NCBI GenBank assembly: GCA_963804185.1
Contig: CAWDPM010000001.1
Coordinates: 60,822 to 124,821, forward strand
Direction: 5' to 3'
Source of the DNA: an uncultured Candidatus Rokubacteria bacterium
GTDB taxonomy: Bacteria; Methylomirabilota; Methylomirabilia; Rokubacteriales; DASRDR01
Length of the DNA: 64,000 nt
Numbering within the stretch: the stretch's first letter is position 1; each line of letters begins with the position of its first letter. This document shows, piece after piece, positions 46,675 to 58,039 of this stretch. The notes beneath the pieces are model-generated. The model saw only the letters and a program-made list of their open reading frames with translations. It made no database searches and was not told the DNA's origin. Position numbers and translations under genes: made by a program.

Positions 46675-47238
46675 GCGTCGAGCTCCACCAGCCCCTCGGG
46701 GGGCCGGACGACGACGCGCCGTGCTGTCAGGTCTACCCGCTCGACGATTGCCGCCACCGCGGGGAGGGGCCACGCTCGATCGCCTCGCTGCACCGTCCAG
46801 TAGTCGTGCTCGGGGCCCGAGAGAACCTCCGCGATCGTACCCAGGGTGGCGCCCTCCGGCGTCTCCACGACGCACCCGACGAGGTCGAACGCGTAGTACC
46901 GGTCGGGCGGCAGGCGGCGCACGGCCGCGCGCGGGATCGTGACGAGCCGGCCGACGAGCGCCTCGGCGTCCGTCATGGTGGCGCTCCCGGCCAGCTTCAG
47001 CGACGGGAACTCGCCCCTGGAACCAGACGGCCTCCACGTCGTGCCGCTCGCCCGCGGCCGGCGGTACCAGCCAGCACTCGCGCAGGTCGCCGAGCCGCTC
47101 GGGGACGTCGGTCAAGGGCTCGACCCGCACCTCGCCCCGCCGGCCCTGGGGCCGGACGATGCGGCCCACCGCAACCAGTGCGCCGACCCCGTCCGGCGCG
47201 GCCGCCGGGGGAGCAGTGGCCTCCGCCCTCTCACGCAT
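46671..47238 (-). CDS. rimM: 16S rRNA processing protein RimM, one frameshift as sequenced
   Basis: N-terminal part [24 protein letters not shown]...VWFQG, then the C-terminal part [31 protein letters not shown]...PRC barrel. Removing one G from the GGGG run (cccc at 47014-47017 on the plus strand) joins them. Confidence 0.8.
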
Positions 47239-47266
47239 CCGCGTCTTACCCGGAAACCTGCCGCCC

Positions 47267-47515
47267 CTAGCGCGCGGGCAGCCCCGCGCGCGCGAGGAGG
47301 TTCCGCACGGTGTTCGAGGGCAGCGCACCCTTCCGGATCCACGCCGACGCCTTCTCCGTGTCGATCCGGATCGTCGGGGGCTCCGTCAAGGGGTCGTAGA
47401 ACCCGATCTGCTCGATGAACCGGCCGTCCCGCGCGGTCCGTCCATCGGCCACCACCACCCGGTAGGAGGGCTTCTTCGTCGTGCCCGTCCGTCGAAGTCG
47501 AATGCGCGCCGCCAT
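47267..47515 (-). CDS. rpsP: 30S ribosomal protein S16
   Basis: 82 aa, [24 protein letters not shown].... Confidence 0.95.
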   Translation of the reverse strand: MAARIRLRRTGTTKKPSYRVVVADGRTARDGRFIEQIGFYDPLTEPPTIRIDTEKASAWIRKGALPSNTVRNLLARAGLPAR

Positions 47516-47533
47516 CTCTGTCTCCTCTCCGTC

Positions 47534-48886
47534 CTAGCCTCTCAGGAACGGCATGGCCCGGCGCAGTTCCTTGCGCCCGAGCCGACCGCCGCTCATGCCT
47601 TTCATGTCCTTCATCATTTTCCTGAGCTGCGCGTACTGCTTGAGCAGCCGGTTCACGTCCTGCACCGAGGTGCCGCTCCCGCGTGCGATGCGCGCCCGGC
47701 GCTCGCCGTTGATGATCGCCGGCGTGTGCCGCTCGCCCGGCGTCATCGAGCCGATGATCGCCTCGAACCGCTTGAGGTCCTTCGACTCGGCGTCGAGCTC
47801 GGGCTGCCCCAGCTTCCCGCCCTTGAGGAACGGCACCATGTCGAGGAGCTGATCGAGCGGGCCCATGCTCCGGAGCTGGCGGAGCTGGTCGGCGAAGTCC
47901 TCGAGGGTGAAGCTGTCCTCGCGGATCTTCCGCGCCAGCTCCTCGGCCTTCCCGGCGTCCACCGTGGCCTGGGCCTTCTCGACGAGCGAGAGGACGTCGC
48001 CCATGCCGAGGATGCGCGAAGCCATCCGGTCGGGGTGGAAGGGCTCCAGCGCGTCGACTCGCTCGCCGACGCCGCAGAACACGATCGGCTTGCCGGTGAC
48101 GCTGCGAATCGACAGGGCCGCGCCGCCGCGGGCGTCGCCGTCGAGCTTCGTCAAGACGATGCCGTCGAAGCCGACGTCCTGGTTGAACCGCTGGGCCATC
48201 GTCACCGCGTCCTGGCCGGTCATCGCGTCGACGACCAGGAGGACGTGATGGGGCTTGACCTCGCGCCGGAGCAGCTTCAGCTCCTCGACCATCGGCTCGT
48301 CGATGTGGAGACGCCCGGCCGTGTCGAGGAGAACGGGGTTCCACCCGTTCGTCGCCGCCTGGTCCAGCGCCTCGCGTGCGAGCTCGACGGGCGGCCGCCC
48401 CTCCACCCCGTGAACGGGCAGCCCGAGCTCTCCGCCGAGGACGCGGAGCTGCTCGATGGCGGCGGGGCGGTAGATGTCGGCGCCGACCAGGAGCGGGCGG
48501 AATCCCTCGCGCTGGAAGTGGCGCCCCAGCTTGGCAACGCTCGTCGTCTTGCCGGACCCCTGGAGGCCCAGCACCATGATCACGGTCGGCGGCCGGGCGG
48601 CCATCGTGAGCCGGTGCGCCGCGCCGCCCAGCAGCTCGACCAGCTCGCCGTGGACGATCTTCACGACCTGCTGGCCGGGGGTCAGGCTCTGGAGGACCTC
48701 GTGCCCCAAGGCCTTCTCGCGGACACGCTCGACGAAGGACCGGACGACCTTGAAGTTGACGTCGGCCTCGAGGAGGGCGACCCGCACCTCCCGGAGCGCC
48801 TCCTGGATGTTCTCCTCGGACAGGCGGCCAGCGCCGCGCAGGCGGTCGAAGATCGCATCGAGGCGCTTCGTCAGGGCTTCGAACAT
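47534..48886 (-). CDS. ffh: signal recognition particle protein Ffh
   Basis: 450 aa, MFEALTKRLDAIFDRLRG...VLGLQGSGKTTS...DTAGR.... Met-rich M domain. Confidence 0.95.
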   Translation of the reverse strand: MFEALTKRLDAIFDRLRGAGRLSEENIQEALREVRVALLEADVNFKVVRSFVERVREKALGHEVLQSLTPGQQVVKIVHGELVELLGGAAHRLTMAARPPTVIMVLGLQGSGKTTSVAKLGRHFQREGFRPLLVGADIYRPAAIEQLRVLGGELGLPVHGVEGRPPVELAREALDQAATNGWNPVLLDTAGRLHIDEPMVEELKLLRREVKPHHVLLVVDAMTGQDAVTMAQRFNQDVGFDGIVLTKLDGDARGGAALSIRSVTGKPIVFCGVGERVDALEPFHPDRMASRILGMGDVLSLVEKAQATVDAGKAEELARKIREDSFTLEDFADQLRQLRSMGPLDQLLDMVPFLKGGKLGQPELDAESKDLKRFEAIIGSMTPGERHTPAIINGERRARIARGSGTSVQDVNRLLKQYAQLRKMMKDMKGMSGGRLGRKELRRAMPFLRG

Positions 48887-49114
48887 TGGGTCCTCTCGGG
48901 AGCTCGCGAGGAAATCGAGAAAAGCACTTAAGACTACCGGACATCCGCGGCGGCGTCAAGGAAGCGCGGGCCACTTGCGCCATCTCTTGATGCGCGGGCC
49001 ACCAGCCTACTCTTGATGCGACAGGATGCGCGGGCGGGCCACCACCCTGAAGACGGGGGCGGTCGCGCAGGCTCGGGTCTCGCGGGAGGGTTCACCCCTC
49101 CTCGGAGACCGCGA

Positions 49115-49990
49115 TCACTTCCGCCCGGCCTGAGCCTTCTTCTCGGCGCGCTCGAGCTTGGCGGGGGCGGGGGTGGCCGGGCGCTCGACCTTCGCCGGAG
49201 GCTTCTTGCCGGGAGCTGGCCGACGGGCGAGGCTCTCCTTGAGCGCATCCATGAGGTCGATCACCTGGGCGCGCTGGGCCTCGGGGCCGACCGCGGTGAC
49301 TTCCTGGCCCGCGACCTTCTGCTCGACGGCGGCCAGAACGCGCTGGCGATGGTCGTCCTCGTACTGTCCGGGCGTGAACTCGTCTTGCGACAGCTCGTCG
49401 ACGAGGCGCACCGCGAGCTCGATTTCGCCGTCCTTGATCTTCGCGGTTTGGCCCTTCTCGATCTCGCCGAAGTCCCGGACCTCGTCCGCGAAGTACATGG
49501 TGTGGAGCATGAGGCCGCCCTGGCCGGGGCGGATCAGGACGAGGCTCTCCTTCCCGCGCATGACAAACTTGGCGAGCGCCACCCGATCCGTCCGCGCCAT
49601 CGCGTCGGCCAGCAGCCGGTATGCCTTCTCCCCGCCCTTGTCCGGTCCGAGGTAGTACGTCTTCTCGAAGTAGATCGGGTCCACCTTCGCGAGGGGGACG
49701 AACTCGGCGATGTCGATCACCTTGGACGCCTCCCCCTCGAGACCCTTCAGCTCCTCGTCGGTGAACTGGACGTACTCGTCCTTCTGGACCTCGTAGCCCC
49801 TGACCAGGGCCGTCCGGTCCACGACCTCCTTGCACACGGGGCAGTAGGTCTGCTGTCGGATGCGGCTCCCGCACTTCGCGTGGAGCAGGTTGAAGCTGAC
49901 CGCGGCCGAGGAGGCCGCCGTGTACATGCGGATGGGAATCGACACCAGCCCGAAGGAGATCGTGCCCGACCCCAAGGAATGCGGCGGCAT
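49115..49990 (-). CDS. ku: NHEJ DNA end-binding protein Ku
   Basis: ATG 49990 gives MPPHSLGSGTISFGLVSIPIRMYTAA...LHAKCGSRIRQQTYCPVCKEVV.... Lys-rich C-terminal tail. 291 aa, intact. Confidence 0.9.
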   Translation of the reverse strand: MPPHSLGSGTISFGLVSIPIRMYTAASSAAVSFNLLHAKCGSRIRQQTYCPVCKEVVDRTALVRGYEVQKDEYVQFTDEELKGLEGEASKVIDIAEFVPLAKVDPIYFEKTYYLGPDKGGEKAYRLLADAMARTDRVALAKFVMRGKESLVLIRPGQGGLMLHTMYFADEVRDFGEIEKGQTAKIKDGEIELAVRLVDELSQDEFTPGQYEDDHRQRVLAAVEQKVAGQEVTAVGPEAQRAQVIDLMDALKESLARRPAPGKKPPAKVERPATPAPAKLERAEKKAQAGRK

Positions 49991-50122
49991 GCGGTGGCCT
50001 CCCCGCCCGGAAAACTCGACGTGACGAAGCATTTGCACCGTACCACGGGGCCCGCTATGCTTCAAAGCGCCCCCGGGCGCCCCACCACTTGTGGTCGCCG
50101 CGCGGGTAAGGGCCAGCCCCTA

Positions 50123-52795
50123 GTGATCGACGAGCGGCCTCCTCAGCTCGACGCCTACCGGCAGAAGCGCGACCCCGACCGCACCCCGGAGCCCTTCGGG
50201 GGTGGCCGGCCCGGGGTGGGCGGCCTCTTCGTCATCCAGCAGCACGCCGCCCGGCGCCTCCACTACGACCTCCGCCTGGAGATGGCCGGAGTGCTCAAGA
50301 GCTGGGCAGTGCCCAAGGGCCCGTCGCTCCGGCCCGAGATCAAGCGTCTGGCCGTCCACGTCGAGGACCACCCGCTCGAGTACGCCGACTTCGAAGGCGT
50401 CATCCCGAAGGACAACTACGGGGCCGGCGCCGTCATCGTGTGGGACCACGGGCGCTATCGCTCGGCGAAGCCCGAGGATCTCCTGGCCCAGATCGAGCGC
50501 GGGCTCGTCGAGGTGGAGCTCCGCGGCCACAAGCTGCGCGGACGCTGGACCCTCACACGGATGGGCCGGAAGGACAAGGAGTGGCTCCTGATCCGGAAGG
50601 CCGGCGAGCCGGTTCCGGAGGCGGAGGCCACCGAGCGCTATCCCCGCTCGGTCCGCTCCGGACTCACGCTCGAGGAGATGCGTGACGCAGGCGCCGTGCG
50701 CGACGCGCTCCGCGCCGAGCTCCGGGCCCGGGAGGCGCCGAGCCGGCCCGATGCGCGCCCGGGAGCAGGGGTTCATGCTCGCGACCCCGGCCGACCGGGC
50801 GCCGGAGGGTCCGGACTGGCTCTTCGAGATCAAGTACGACGGGGTGCGAGTGCTGGCGGAGCGCCGCGGCGACGCGGTGACGCTCCTCGGGCGGAGCGGC
50901 CAGGTCGTGACGGCTCGCTATCCCGAGATCGTCGCCGCGCTCCGCGCGCTTGCCTTCGATCAGCTCCTGATCGACGGCGAGATCGTCGCGCTCGACGCGC
51001 GCGGCGTCCCGAGCTTCCAGCGGCTCCAGGCCCGCATGGGCCTCACCCGGCCGGGGGACGTGGCCCGCGCGATGGCCGCGGTCCCCGTCGAGGCCGTGTT
51101 CTTCGACTGCCTCGCCCTCGAAGGGCACGACCTCCGGCGCGTGCCGCTGGCGGCGCGAAAGGGCTGCCTCCAGCGCGTGCTCCCACCGCTCGGGGTCACG
51201 CGCTACGGCGACCACGTAGAGGGAGCCGGAGCGGCCTTCCTCGAGGCGGCCGCGGAGGCCCGGCTCGAGGGCATCCTGGCCAAGCGAGCCGCGAGCACCT
51301 ACGTCGCGCGGCGCTCGGACGCGTGGCTCAAGATCAAGTGCCAGCGCCGCCAGGAATTCGTGATCGGCGGCTACACCGAGCCCCAGGGCAGCCGGGCCCG
51401 CTTCGGCGCCCTCCACATCGGTGTCTACGACGGCGGGCGGCTAGTCTACGTGTCGAAGGTCGGCACGGGCTTCGACGGGGCCGAGCTCGAGCGGCTCTGG
51501 CAGCGGCTCGAGCCGCTTCGGCGGGACACGTCCCCGTTCGACGCGGGGACTCCCGCGGGACGCGGACACCACTGGGTCGAGCCGCGGCTCGTCTGCGAGG
51601 TGCGGTTCACCGACTGGACGCGGGACGGGGGGATCCGCCATCCGACCTACCTCGGGCTCCGGGACGACTGGCGCCCCGAGAAGTGCCGCCGCGAGGCGCC
51701 GGACCCCGACGACTGGGCCGGCGACCTCGACCCGGTCGTGGCGGCGAGCCCGAGCGCCGGGACGGCCGGCCACTCCACGCCACCCGAGGCCGCGACTGAC
51801 GCCGCGATGTCCGGCACGCGGGCGGCCTCCCGGCCCGCGTCGCGCGTCCGCCTGACCAACCTCGACAAGGTCTTCTGGCCGGCCGAAGGGTACACGAAGG
51901 GCGACCTGTCCAGTACTACGACGCGATCGCCCCGCACTTCCTCCCCTATCTCCGCGACCGTCCCATCGTGCTCACGCGCTACCCCGACGGGATCGTCGGC
52001 AAGTCCTTCTTCCAGAAGGACGCGCCCGAGTTCGCCCCCGACTGGGTCCGGACGGAGCAGGTCTACTCGAAGGACACGGACCGGGACATCGACTACTTCG
52101 TCGTGGACGACGCGGAGATGCTCCGCTACGTGGCGAACATGGCGACGATCCCGATCCACGTGTGGAGCGCGAGGGTCGCCGACGCTCGAGCGGCCAGACT
52201 GGCTGGTCCTCGACCTCGATCCGAAGGGGGCGCCGTTCACCGACGTCGTGCGCGTCGCGCAGGCGGTCCATCGTCTCCTCGACGAACTCGAGCTCCCGAG
52301 CTACGTGAAGACCTCGGGGGCCACGCGGGCTCCACGTCCTGGTCCCCCTCGGCGCCCGGTACACGCACGAGCAGAGCCGCACCCTGGCCCGGCTGCTCGC
52401 CATGCTGGTCGTCGAGGCGGTCCCGGGCATCGCCACCGTGGCCCGGCCGCTCGGCGCGCGCGGGGGCAAGGTGTACGTGGACTTCGGCCAGAACGGTCAC
52501 GGCCGGACGATCGCCGCGCCGTTCTCGGTCCGGCCGCTGCCCGGCGCGCCGGTCTCGTGCCCGCTTCGACTGGAGCGAGGTCACCCTGCGCCTGGAGCCG
52601 GCCCGGTTCACGATCCGCACCGTTCCCCGCCGCTTCGCGCGGCGCGCGGACCCGCTGGCGCCGGTGCTCGGGACGGGGATCGAGCTGGCCGCCGCGCTCG
52701 CGCGGATCGAGGGGCGGCTGACACCCGAGCCCACACCCCGTCGTGCCGCGCGACGCGTCCGGCCCGGGCGTACGACGGCCTCGAACGCGCCGTAG
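50123..52795 (+). pseudogene. ligD: multidomain LigD (phosphoesterase-ligase-polymerase), frame broken at least 5 times as sequenced
   Basis: PE domain: FVIQQHAARRLHYDLRLE...HPLEYADFEG. Ligase: DWLFEIKYDGVRV...LEGILAKR...WLKIKC. Pol: LTNLDKVFWPAEGYTKGDL / VQYYDAIAPHFLPYLRDRPIVLTRYPDG...IPIHVW / LERPDWLVLDLDP...KTSGAT / GLHVLVPL...VYVDFGQNGHGRT...PVSCPL / WSEVTL.... Frame shifts near 50760, 51907, 52180, 52326 and 52562. Confidence 0.85.
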
Positions 52796-52872
52796 CGGAT
52801 CAGGCCCAGGCCCATGAGCGGTGGCGTTATGCGGCTCCGTCCCGTAGATCACCCTGTAACCTGGAGGCAGAC

Positions 52873-53385
52873 ATGCAACCTCATCTTCTTGTCAGTCAGC
52901 TGCGCTTTGCCCGCAGCGAGTTCGCCCGCGGCCTGGAAGGCGTCTCGGAGGCAGACGGGGTCCGGCGGCTGATGCCCATGAACTCGATCAGCTGGATGGT
53001 CGGGCACCTGGCCAACCAGGAGCACCGCTACTGGGTGATCCTGGCCCAACAGAGGGAAGTGGCTCCCGGCCTGAACGACCGGGTCGGCTACGGCAAGCCG
53101 GCCAGCACCCCTCCGCTCGCCGAGATGTGGGCCGTGTGGAATGAGGTGACAACCGCTGCCGATGCTTACGTGGATAAGCTGACGCCCGAGATCCTGCAGA
53201 CCTATTTGCTGCGCGACGGAAAGCCGGTGGACGAGAGCGTCGGCACCCTGTTGATGCGCAACATCTTCCACTACTGGTTTCACACGGGCGAGGCCGCCGC
53301 CGTCCGGCAGATGCTGGGGCACAAGGACTTGCCCGATTTCGTCGGCGACATCAACCAGGCCCCTTACCGACCGGAAAGCAGCTGA
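52873..53385 (+). CDS. DinB-family (DinB_2-like) four-helix-bundle protein
   Basis: 170 aa, MQPHLLVSQLRFARSEF...ISWMVGHLANQEHRYW...IFHYWFHTGEAAAVRQMLG. Confidence 0.7.
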   Translation: MQPHLLVSQLRFARSEFARGLEGVSEADGVRRLMPMNSISWMVGHLANQEHRYWVILAQQREVAPGLNDRVGYGKPASTPPLAEMWAVWNEVTTAADAYVDKLTPEILQTYLLRDGKPVDESVGTLLMRNIFHYWFHTGEAAAVRQMLGHKDLPDFVGDINQAPYRPESS

Positions 53386-53606
53386 TCGGCCACCACGATG
53401 GCCGGCGACCTGAACGTCTCGGTGACACCCTGGCCCCCTCGCCGGAGCGCCACGCGGCGGGGGGCAGCGTCAGGAGGTAGCCGGACCTGGCCACGGCCCC
53501 GACGAATCTCCGGGCCGAAGCCCGGAGCTCAGGGCGGGCCGTAGAGGGTGCCGCGACCTTTGCGGGACGTCTGGCCGCGAGGCTTGGCGGTGTCGCGAAG
53601 CCTGGT

Positions 53607-54343
53607 TCATGGCGGCGCTTCCGGGACGGAGGCCTGGCCGCCAGCGGCAGCATCCAGGAGACCCAAGAGCTCCTGCGCCAGCGCCGGGCCCGTGCCGGAC
53701 TCCTCGTGCTTGAAGTACACGAACGCGTCGCGCCACTCGGTCCGCGCGGCGGTCCTCGCCCAGCGGGCGAGCTCGTCCGACCCGTAGGCGCGATCCCGGA
53801 GGCGCAGGTAGCCGAAGTCCGCCGTCACGACGACGGGCGTGGTGCCCTCCTCCGTGTCGGCAACGCAGAGGGCCGCGTTCCGGGCGCGGAGGATGCCGTA
53901 CACCTCGTCGTCGAGCCACGACGCGTGGCGGAACTCGACGGCCATGCGGACCGACGGCGGCACCAGCGCGAGGCACTCGTCGAAGGCGCCCGGCGTCCTT
54001 CCGGAAGCTGGGCGGCAGCTGGAGCAGGAGCGGTCCGAGCTTCGCGCCCGAGCCCTCCGACCGTGTCGAGGAGGTAGCGGAAGGGCTCGGCGACGTCACG
54101 CAGGCGGGCGAAGTGAGTGATCCGCTGAGGGACCTTGAGCGCGAAGACGAATCCGGCCGGGCTGTCCTGGTCCCAGCCGGCAACCGTCTTCCCCGTGGGC
54201 ATCCGGTAGAAGGTGTTGTTGAGCTCGACCGTGTGGAAGCGCTCCGCGTAGTAGGGGAGCATCTGGGCGGGCGGAAAGCGCTCGGGATAGAAGGTGCCCC
54301 GCCACTCGGGGTAGCTGTAGCCGGACGTGCCGACGTGGACCAT
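53607..54343 (-). pseudogene. DUF72-family protein, 2 frameshifts as sequenced
   Basis: MVHVGTSGYSYPEWRGTFYPE...FRYLLDTVGGLG / KLGPLLLQLPPSFRKDAG / AFDECLALVPPSVRMAVEFRHASW.... Shifts near 54048 (ccc run) and 53989. Confidence 0.75.
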
Positions 54344-54389
54344 CCGGCCTGCCTGCTGGCCGCCTGCTGGCGCCCGCCGCGCCCGGGCC

Positions 54390-55054
54390 TCAGACGGTGC
54401 CCGCGCTGAGCGCGGCGGCGCGGAAGCGACGCACCTCGGCCGCGGGGTCGGGCGCCGAGAAGATCGCGGACCCGACCACCAAGGTCGTGGCCCCGCGCAG
54501 CGCCAGGGGCTCGGCAGTGCTCGAGCTTGACGCCGCCGTCCACCGACACCTCGAGCGGCCGCTCACCGATGCGGGTCTTCAGGTCCACGAGCTTCGCGTA
54601 GGTCGCCGGGATGAAGGTCTGGCCGCCGAACCCCGGGTTGACCGACATGAGCAGGACGACGTCGGCGGCGTCCAGCGCGTAGTCGAGCATGATGGTCGGG
54701 GTCCCCGGGTTCAGCGCCACCCCCACGCTCGCGCCCAGCTCCCGGATCCGCCCGAGCGTCCGGTGAAGATGCGGGCACGCCTCCACGTGCACGGTGAGGG
54801 CGTTCCCGCCCGCGCCGGACGTACGCCTCGAGGTAGGCGTCGACGTTGTCGACCATGAGGTGGAGGTCGAGCGGCAGCCGCGTGCGCTTGCGGATCGCCT
54901 CGATGACCGGCGGCCCGATCGTGAGGTTCGGCACGAAGTGCCCGTCCATCACGTCGACGTGGATCTGGTCGGCGCCGCCCGCCTCGACCCGCGCAATCTC
55001 GTCGGCGAGGGCGGCGTAGTCGGCCGAGAGAATCGACGGGGCGATCTTGATCAT
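54390..55054 (-). pseudogene. rpe: ribulose-phosphate 3-epimerase, 2 frameshifts as sequenced
   Basis: [20 protein letters not shown]...[17 protein letters not shown] / [13 protein letters not shown]...[15 protein letters not shown]...SVDGGVKLE / AEPLALRGATTLVVGSAIF. Shifts near 54830 and 54525. The ATG overlaps the rsmB stop (ATGA). Confidence 0.85.
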
Positions 55055-56481
55055 GCGCGCCTCCTGAGGCGATGCGCGGTGAAGCCGTCGGAGCCATGGC
55101 GGTGTGGCGTCATGCGGAGGACGTCGGGCGCGGCCCGGCACGCCGCGGGGACGGCGGGCGGGAGCGGATCGGGCACGAAGTCCGGGCCGGCGGGCCCGGA
55201 AGCCCGCGAGGACCGCCTCGTTCTCCTCGGGCTCGAGCGAGCAGGTCGCGTAGACGAGAACCCCGCCGGGCCGGACCAGGTCCGCCGCGGCGTCGAGGAT
55301 CCGCGCCTGGGCCGGGACGAGCGTCGCGAAGTCGCCGGGGCGCCGCCGCCACTTGCCGTCGGGGTTGCGGCGGAGGACGCCGAGGTTCGAGCAGGGCGCG
55401 TCGACCAGGACGCGGTCACACGTCGGCCCGAGGGCCTGCGGCGAGAGCCCGCGCGTCGGCCAGGCGCGGCTCGACGACGGTGGCGCCGAGTCGCGCGCAC
55501 GCCTCCCGGAGCAGGTCGAGCCGGCCCGGGTGGGGGTCCGCGGCGATGATCCGGCCCCGGTTCGCCATGAGCGCCGCCAGGTGCGTGGTCTTCGTCCCCG
55601 GCGCGGCGCACACGTCGGCGACCGTCTCCCCCGGCTGGGGCCCGAGCGCGTGCCCGACCAGGATGGCGGCCTCGTCCTGGACGGCGGCGCTCCCCTCCCG
55701 GAGCGGCGCGAGCTGCCGCAGGTCCCCCGCCCGCTCCAGCGTGAGGCCCTCGGGCGCGAACCGGGTGGCCGCTGCGGTCACGCCAGCCGCGCGAAGGGCG
55801 GCCAGCCACGGCGGCGGGCGGCAGCCGAAGCGTGTTGGCCCGGACCACCACCGGCGGCGCCTCGTTCATGGCGAGCGCGAGCGCCGCCGCCTCGGCCGGG
55901 CCGTAGCGCGCCCACCAGCGCTCGACGAGCCACGTCGGGTGCGACGCGCGAAGCGCCAGAGCCTCCACCGGGTCCTCGGCCGTCGGGACGGGCCAGGGGC
56001 GCGGCCCGCTCGCGAGCGCGCGGAGCACGCCATTGACGAAGGCGGTCGCGCCCGCGGAACGCCGCCGCTTGGCCAGCTCCACGGCCTCGTGGACCGCGGC
56101 CCACGGCGGGATCCGGTCGAGGAATGCGAGCTGGTAGGCCGTGAGCCGCAGGAGCGCGCGGACCCAGGGCGCAAGGTCCTCGATCGCGCGTCGCGACGCA
56201 CGCGCGAGCGCCCAGTCGAGACGTCGCTGCCACCGGAGGGTCCCGAGGGTCAGCTCGGTGGCGAGGCCGCGGTCCCGCGGATCGAGCCGGGCCCGGTCAG
56301 CGAGCGTCTCCAGCAGCCGGTCCGCGTACGCGTCCGTGGTCTCGGTGCGGACGAGCATCTCGAGCGCCACGCCTCGCGCCGAGCCCCGACGGCCCCGTGG
56401 GGCGCGGGGCGGGCCCACGCCCGCCGAGGCTGGCGCGGCCGCGGAGCGGACGGCGTCAGCGGCGCGGGACTGTCGCGCCAA
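55051..56481 (-). pseudogene. rsmB: 16S rRNA (cytosine967-C5)-methyltransferase RsmB, at least 3 frameshifts as sequenced
   Basis: NusB-like N-domain, then VRANTLR / [19 protein letters not shown]...[14 protein letters not shown] / [21 protein letters not shown]...[13 protein letters not shown] / PDFVP...[18 protein letters not shown]. Shifts near 55800, 55416 and 55185. Confidence 0.85.
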
Positions 56482-57387
56482 GCGGCGCTCCCGGGCCGAG
56501 CCGCGCGCCCCTCAGATAGGCGTCCCAGGCCATTGGACGTCGGTTCTCGGGCTGGACCTCGAGGGGCTGAAGGAGGCCCGCACCGGTCCCGACCGCGAGC
56601 CGCCCCTCGGCCAGGGTGAGCACGCCCGGCTCGCCCCGGCCCGCGATCGCGCGCGCCCGCCAGATCAGCAGGCGGCCGCCGGGCGCGAGGGTGGCCGCCC
56701 CGGGCCACGGGTTCAGCCCGCGTACCCGCGCCGCCAGGGACCGCTGCCGGCTCCGTCCAGTCGAGCAGGCCGTCCTCCTTGCGAAGCCGCGGCGCCAGGG
56801 TGGCCGCGGCGGAATCCTGCGGGCGCGGCGTCAGGGTCTGAAGCCGCGCGAGCGTCTCGAGCAGCACCTCGGCGCCGAGCACGGCCAGGCGCTCGGCCAG
56901 CTCACCGGCGGTCTCCTCCGCGCCGATCGCCGTCGGCCGCTGCAGGAGGAGCGGGCCCGTGTCCATCCCCGCGTCCATCTGGAAGGTGGTGATCCCGGTC
57001 TCGCGCTCGCCGCGGATGATCGCCCACGCGATCGGCGCGGCGCCACGATACCGCGGGAGCAGCGACGCGTGGACGTTGATCGACCCGCGCGGAGGCACGT
57101 CGAGAACCGGCGCGCGGAAGGATCTGCCCGAAGGCCACCACCACCGCGACGTCGGCCGCGTGCTCGGCAAGCCGCTCGGGCCAGCCGGCATCGCGGAGCC
57201 GGGCCGGCTGGAGCACGGGGATCCCGCGCTCGATGGCCAGGACCTTGACGGGCGACGCCTGGGCCCGCTGGCCGCGGCCGGCCGGCCGATCCGGCTGGGT
57301 CACGACGGCGGCGACACGGTGGTGGGCGAGCAGGGCGGTGAGCGTGGGCAGCGCGAAGGCAGGGGTGCCGTAGAACAGCACGCGCAT
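56456..57387 (-). pseudogene. fmt: methionyl-tRNA formyltransferase, 2 frameshifts as sequenced
   Basis: MRVLFYGTPAFALPTL...[12 protein letters not shown]...VVAFGQILP / [26 protein letters not shown]...DWT / [10 protein letters not shown].... Shifts near 57107 (an extra base in a cc run) and 56738 (ggg run). Confidence 0.85.
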
Positions 57388-57476
57388 GGAGTGAGACGGC
57401 GACCGCTAGACAGTTCCCCCCCGCGCGCAGCCCAGTTCCGCGCCGCCACGAGCGGGCCTCGAGAGACGCCCAGGCC

Positions 57477-58002
57477 TCACAGTCTGACTCCGGCCGTCGG
57501 CGCGGGCTGCTCCGGAAAGCCACCGCGCCGGATCTGCCGCTTCAGCCGGTCCCGGGTCACCTTGTCGAGATGGTCGATGAACAGGATGCCGTCGAGGTGA
57601 TCGATCTCGTGCTGGAGCACACGAGCCAGGAGCCCCGACGCGCGTCGCCGGAAGGGCGCGCCCGTCCGGTCCACCGCCTCCACGACGACCCACTCCGCGC
57701 GCAGGACGTCGGCGAAGACGCCGGGGAGGGACAGGCAGCCCTCCTCGCCCACCTGCTCGCCGCCCTGCTCGACGATCACCGGGTTGAGGTACGCCCGCGC
57801 CATCCCCCGGCCCTCGTCGACGACCAGCATGCGGTAGCTCGATGCCGACCTGGGTCGCCGCGAGACCGATGCCAACCTCGGTGTGCATCGTCTCGACCAT
57901 GTCGTCGAGCCAGGCCTCGATCTCCGGCGTCACCTCGTGGACCGGCGTCGCCCGACGCCGCAGGACCGGGTCACCGTAGAGCCGCACCTCCAGGACCGCC
58001 AT
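57477..58002 (-). CDS. def: peptide deformylase, one frameshift as sequenced
   Basis: MAVLEVRLYGDPVLRRRA...GIGLAATQVGIEL / RMLVVDE...EGCLSLPG...HEIDHLDG. The shift near 57833 is restored by removing one base of a gg run. Confidence 0.85.
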
Positions 58003-58039
58003 GTGACCTCCTCCTCTCTGGCCTAGCATTGTACTGCGC

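Noticed and set aside
49013-51799. 928-aa track ORF
   Set aside because: Only about 50123-50760 is the real LigD phosphoesterase domain. The 5' part is antisense to ku, and the 3' part is out of frame with the ligase domain.
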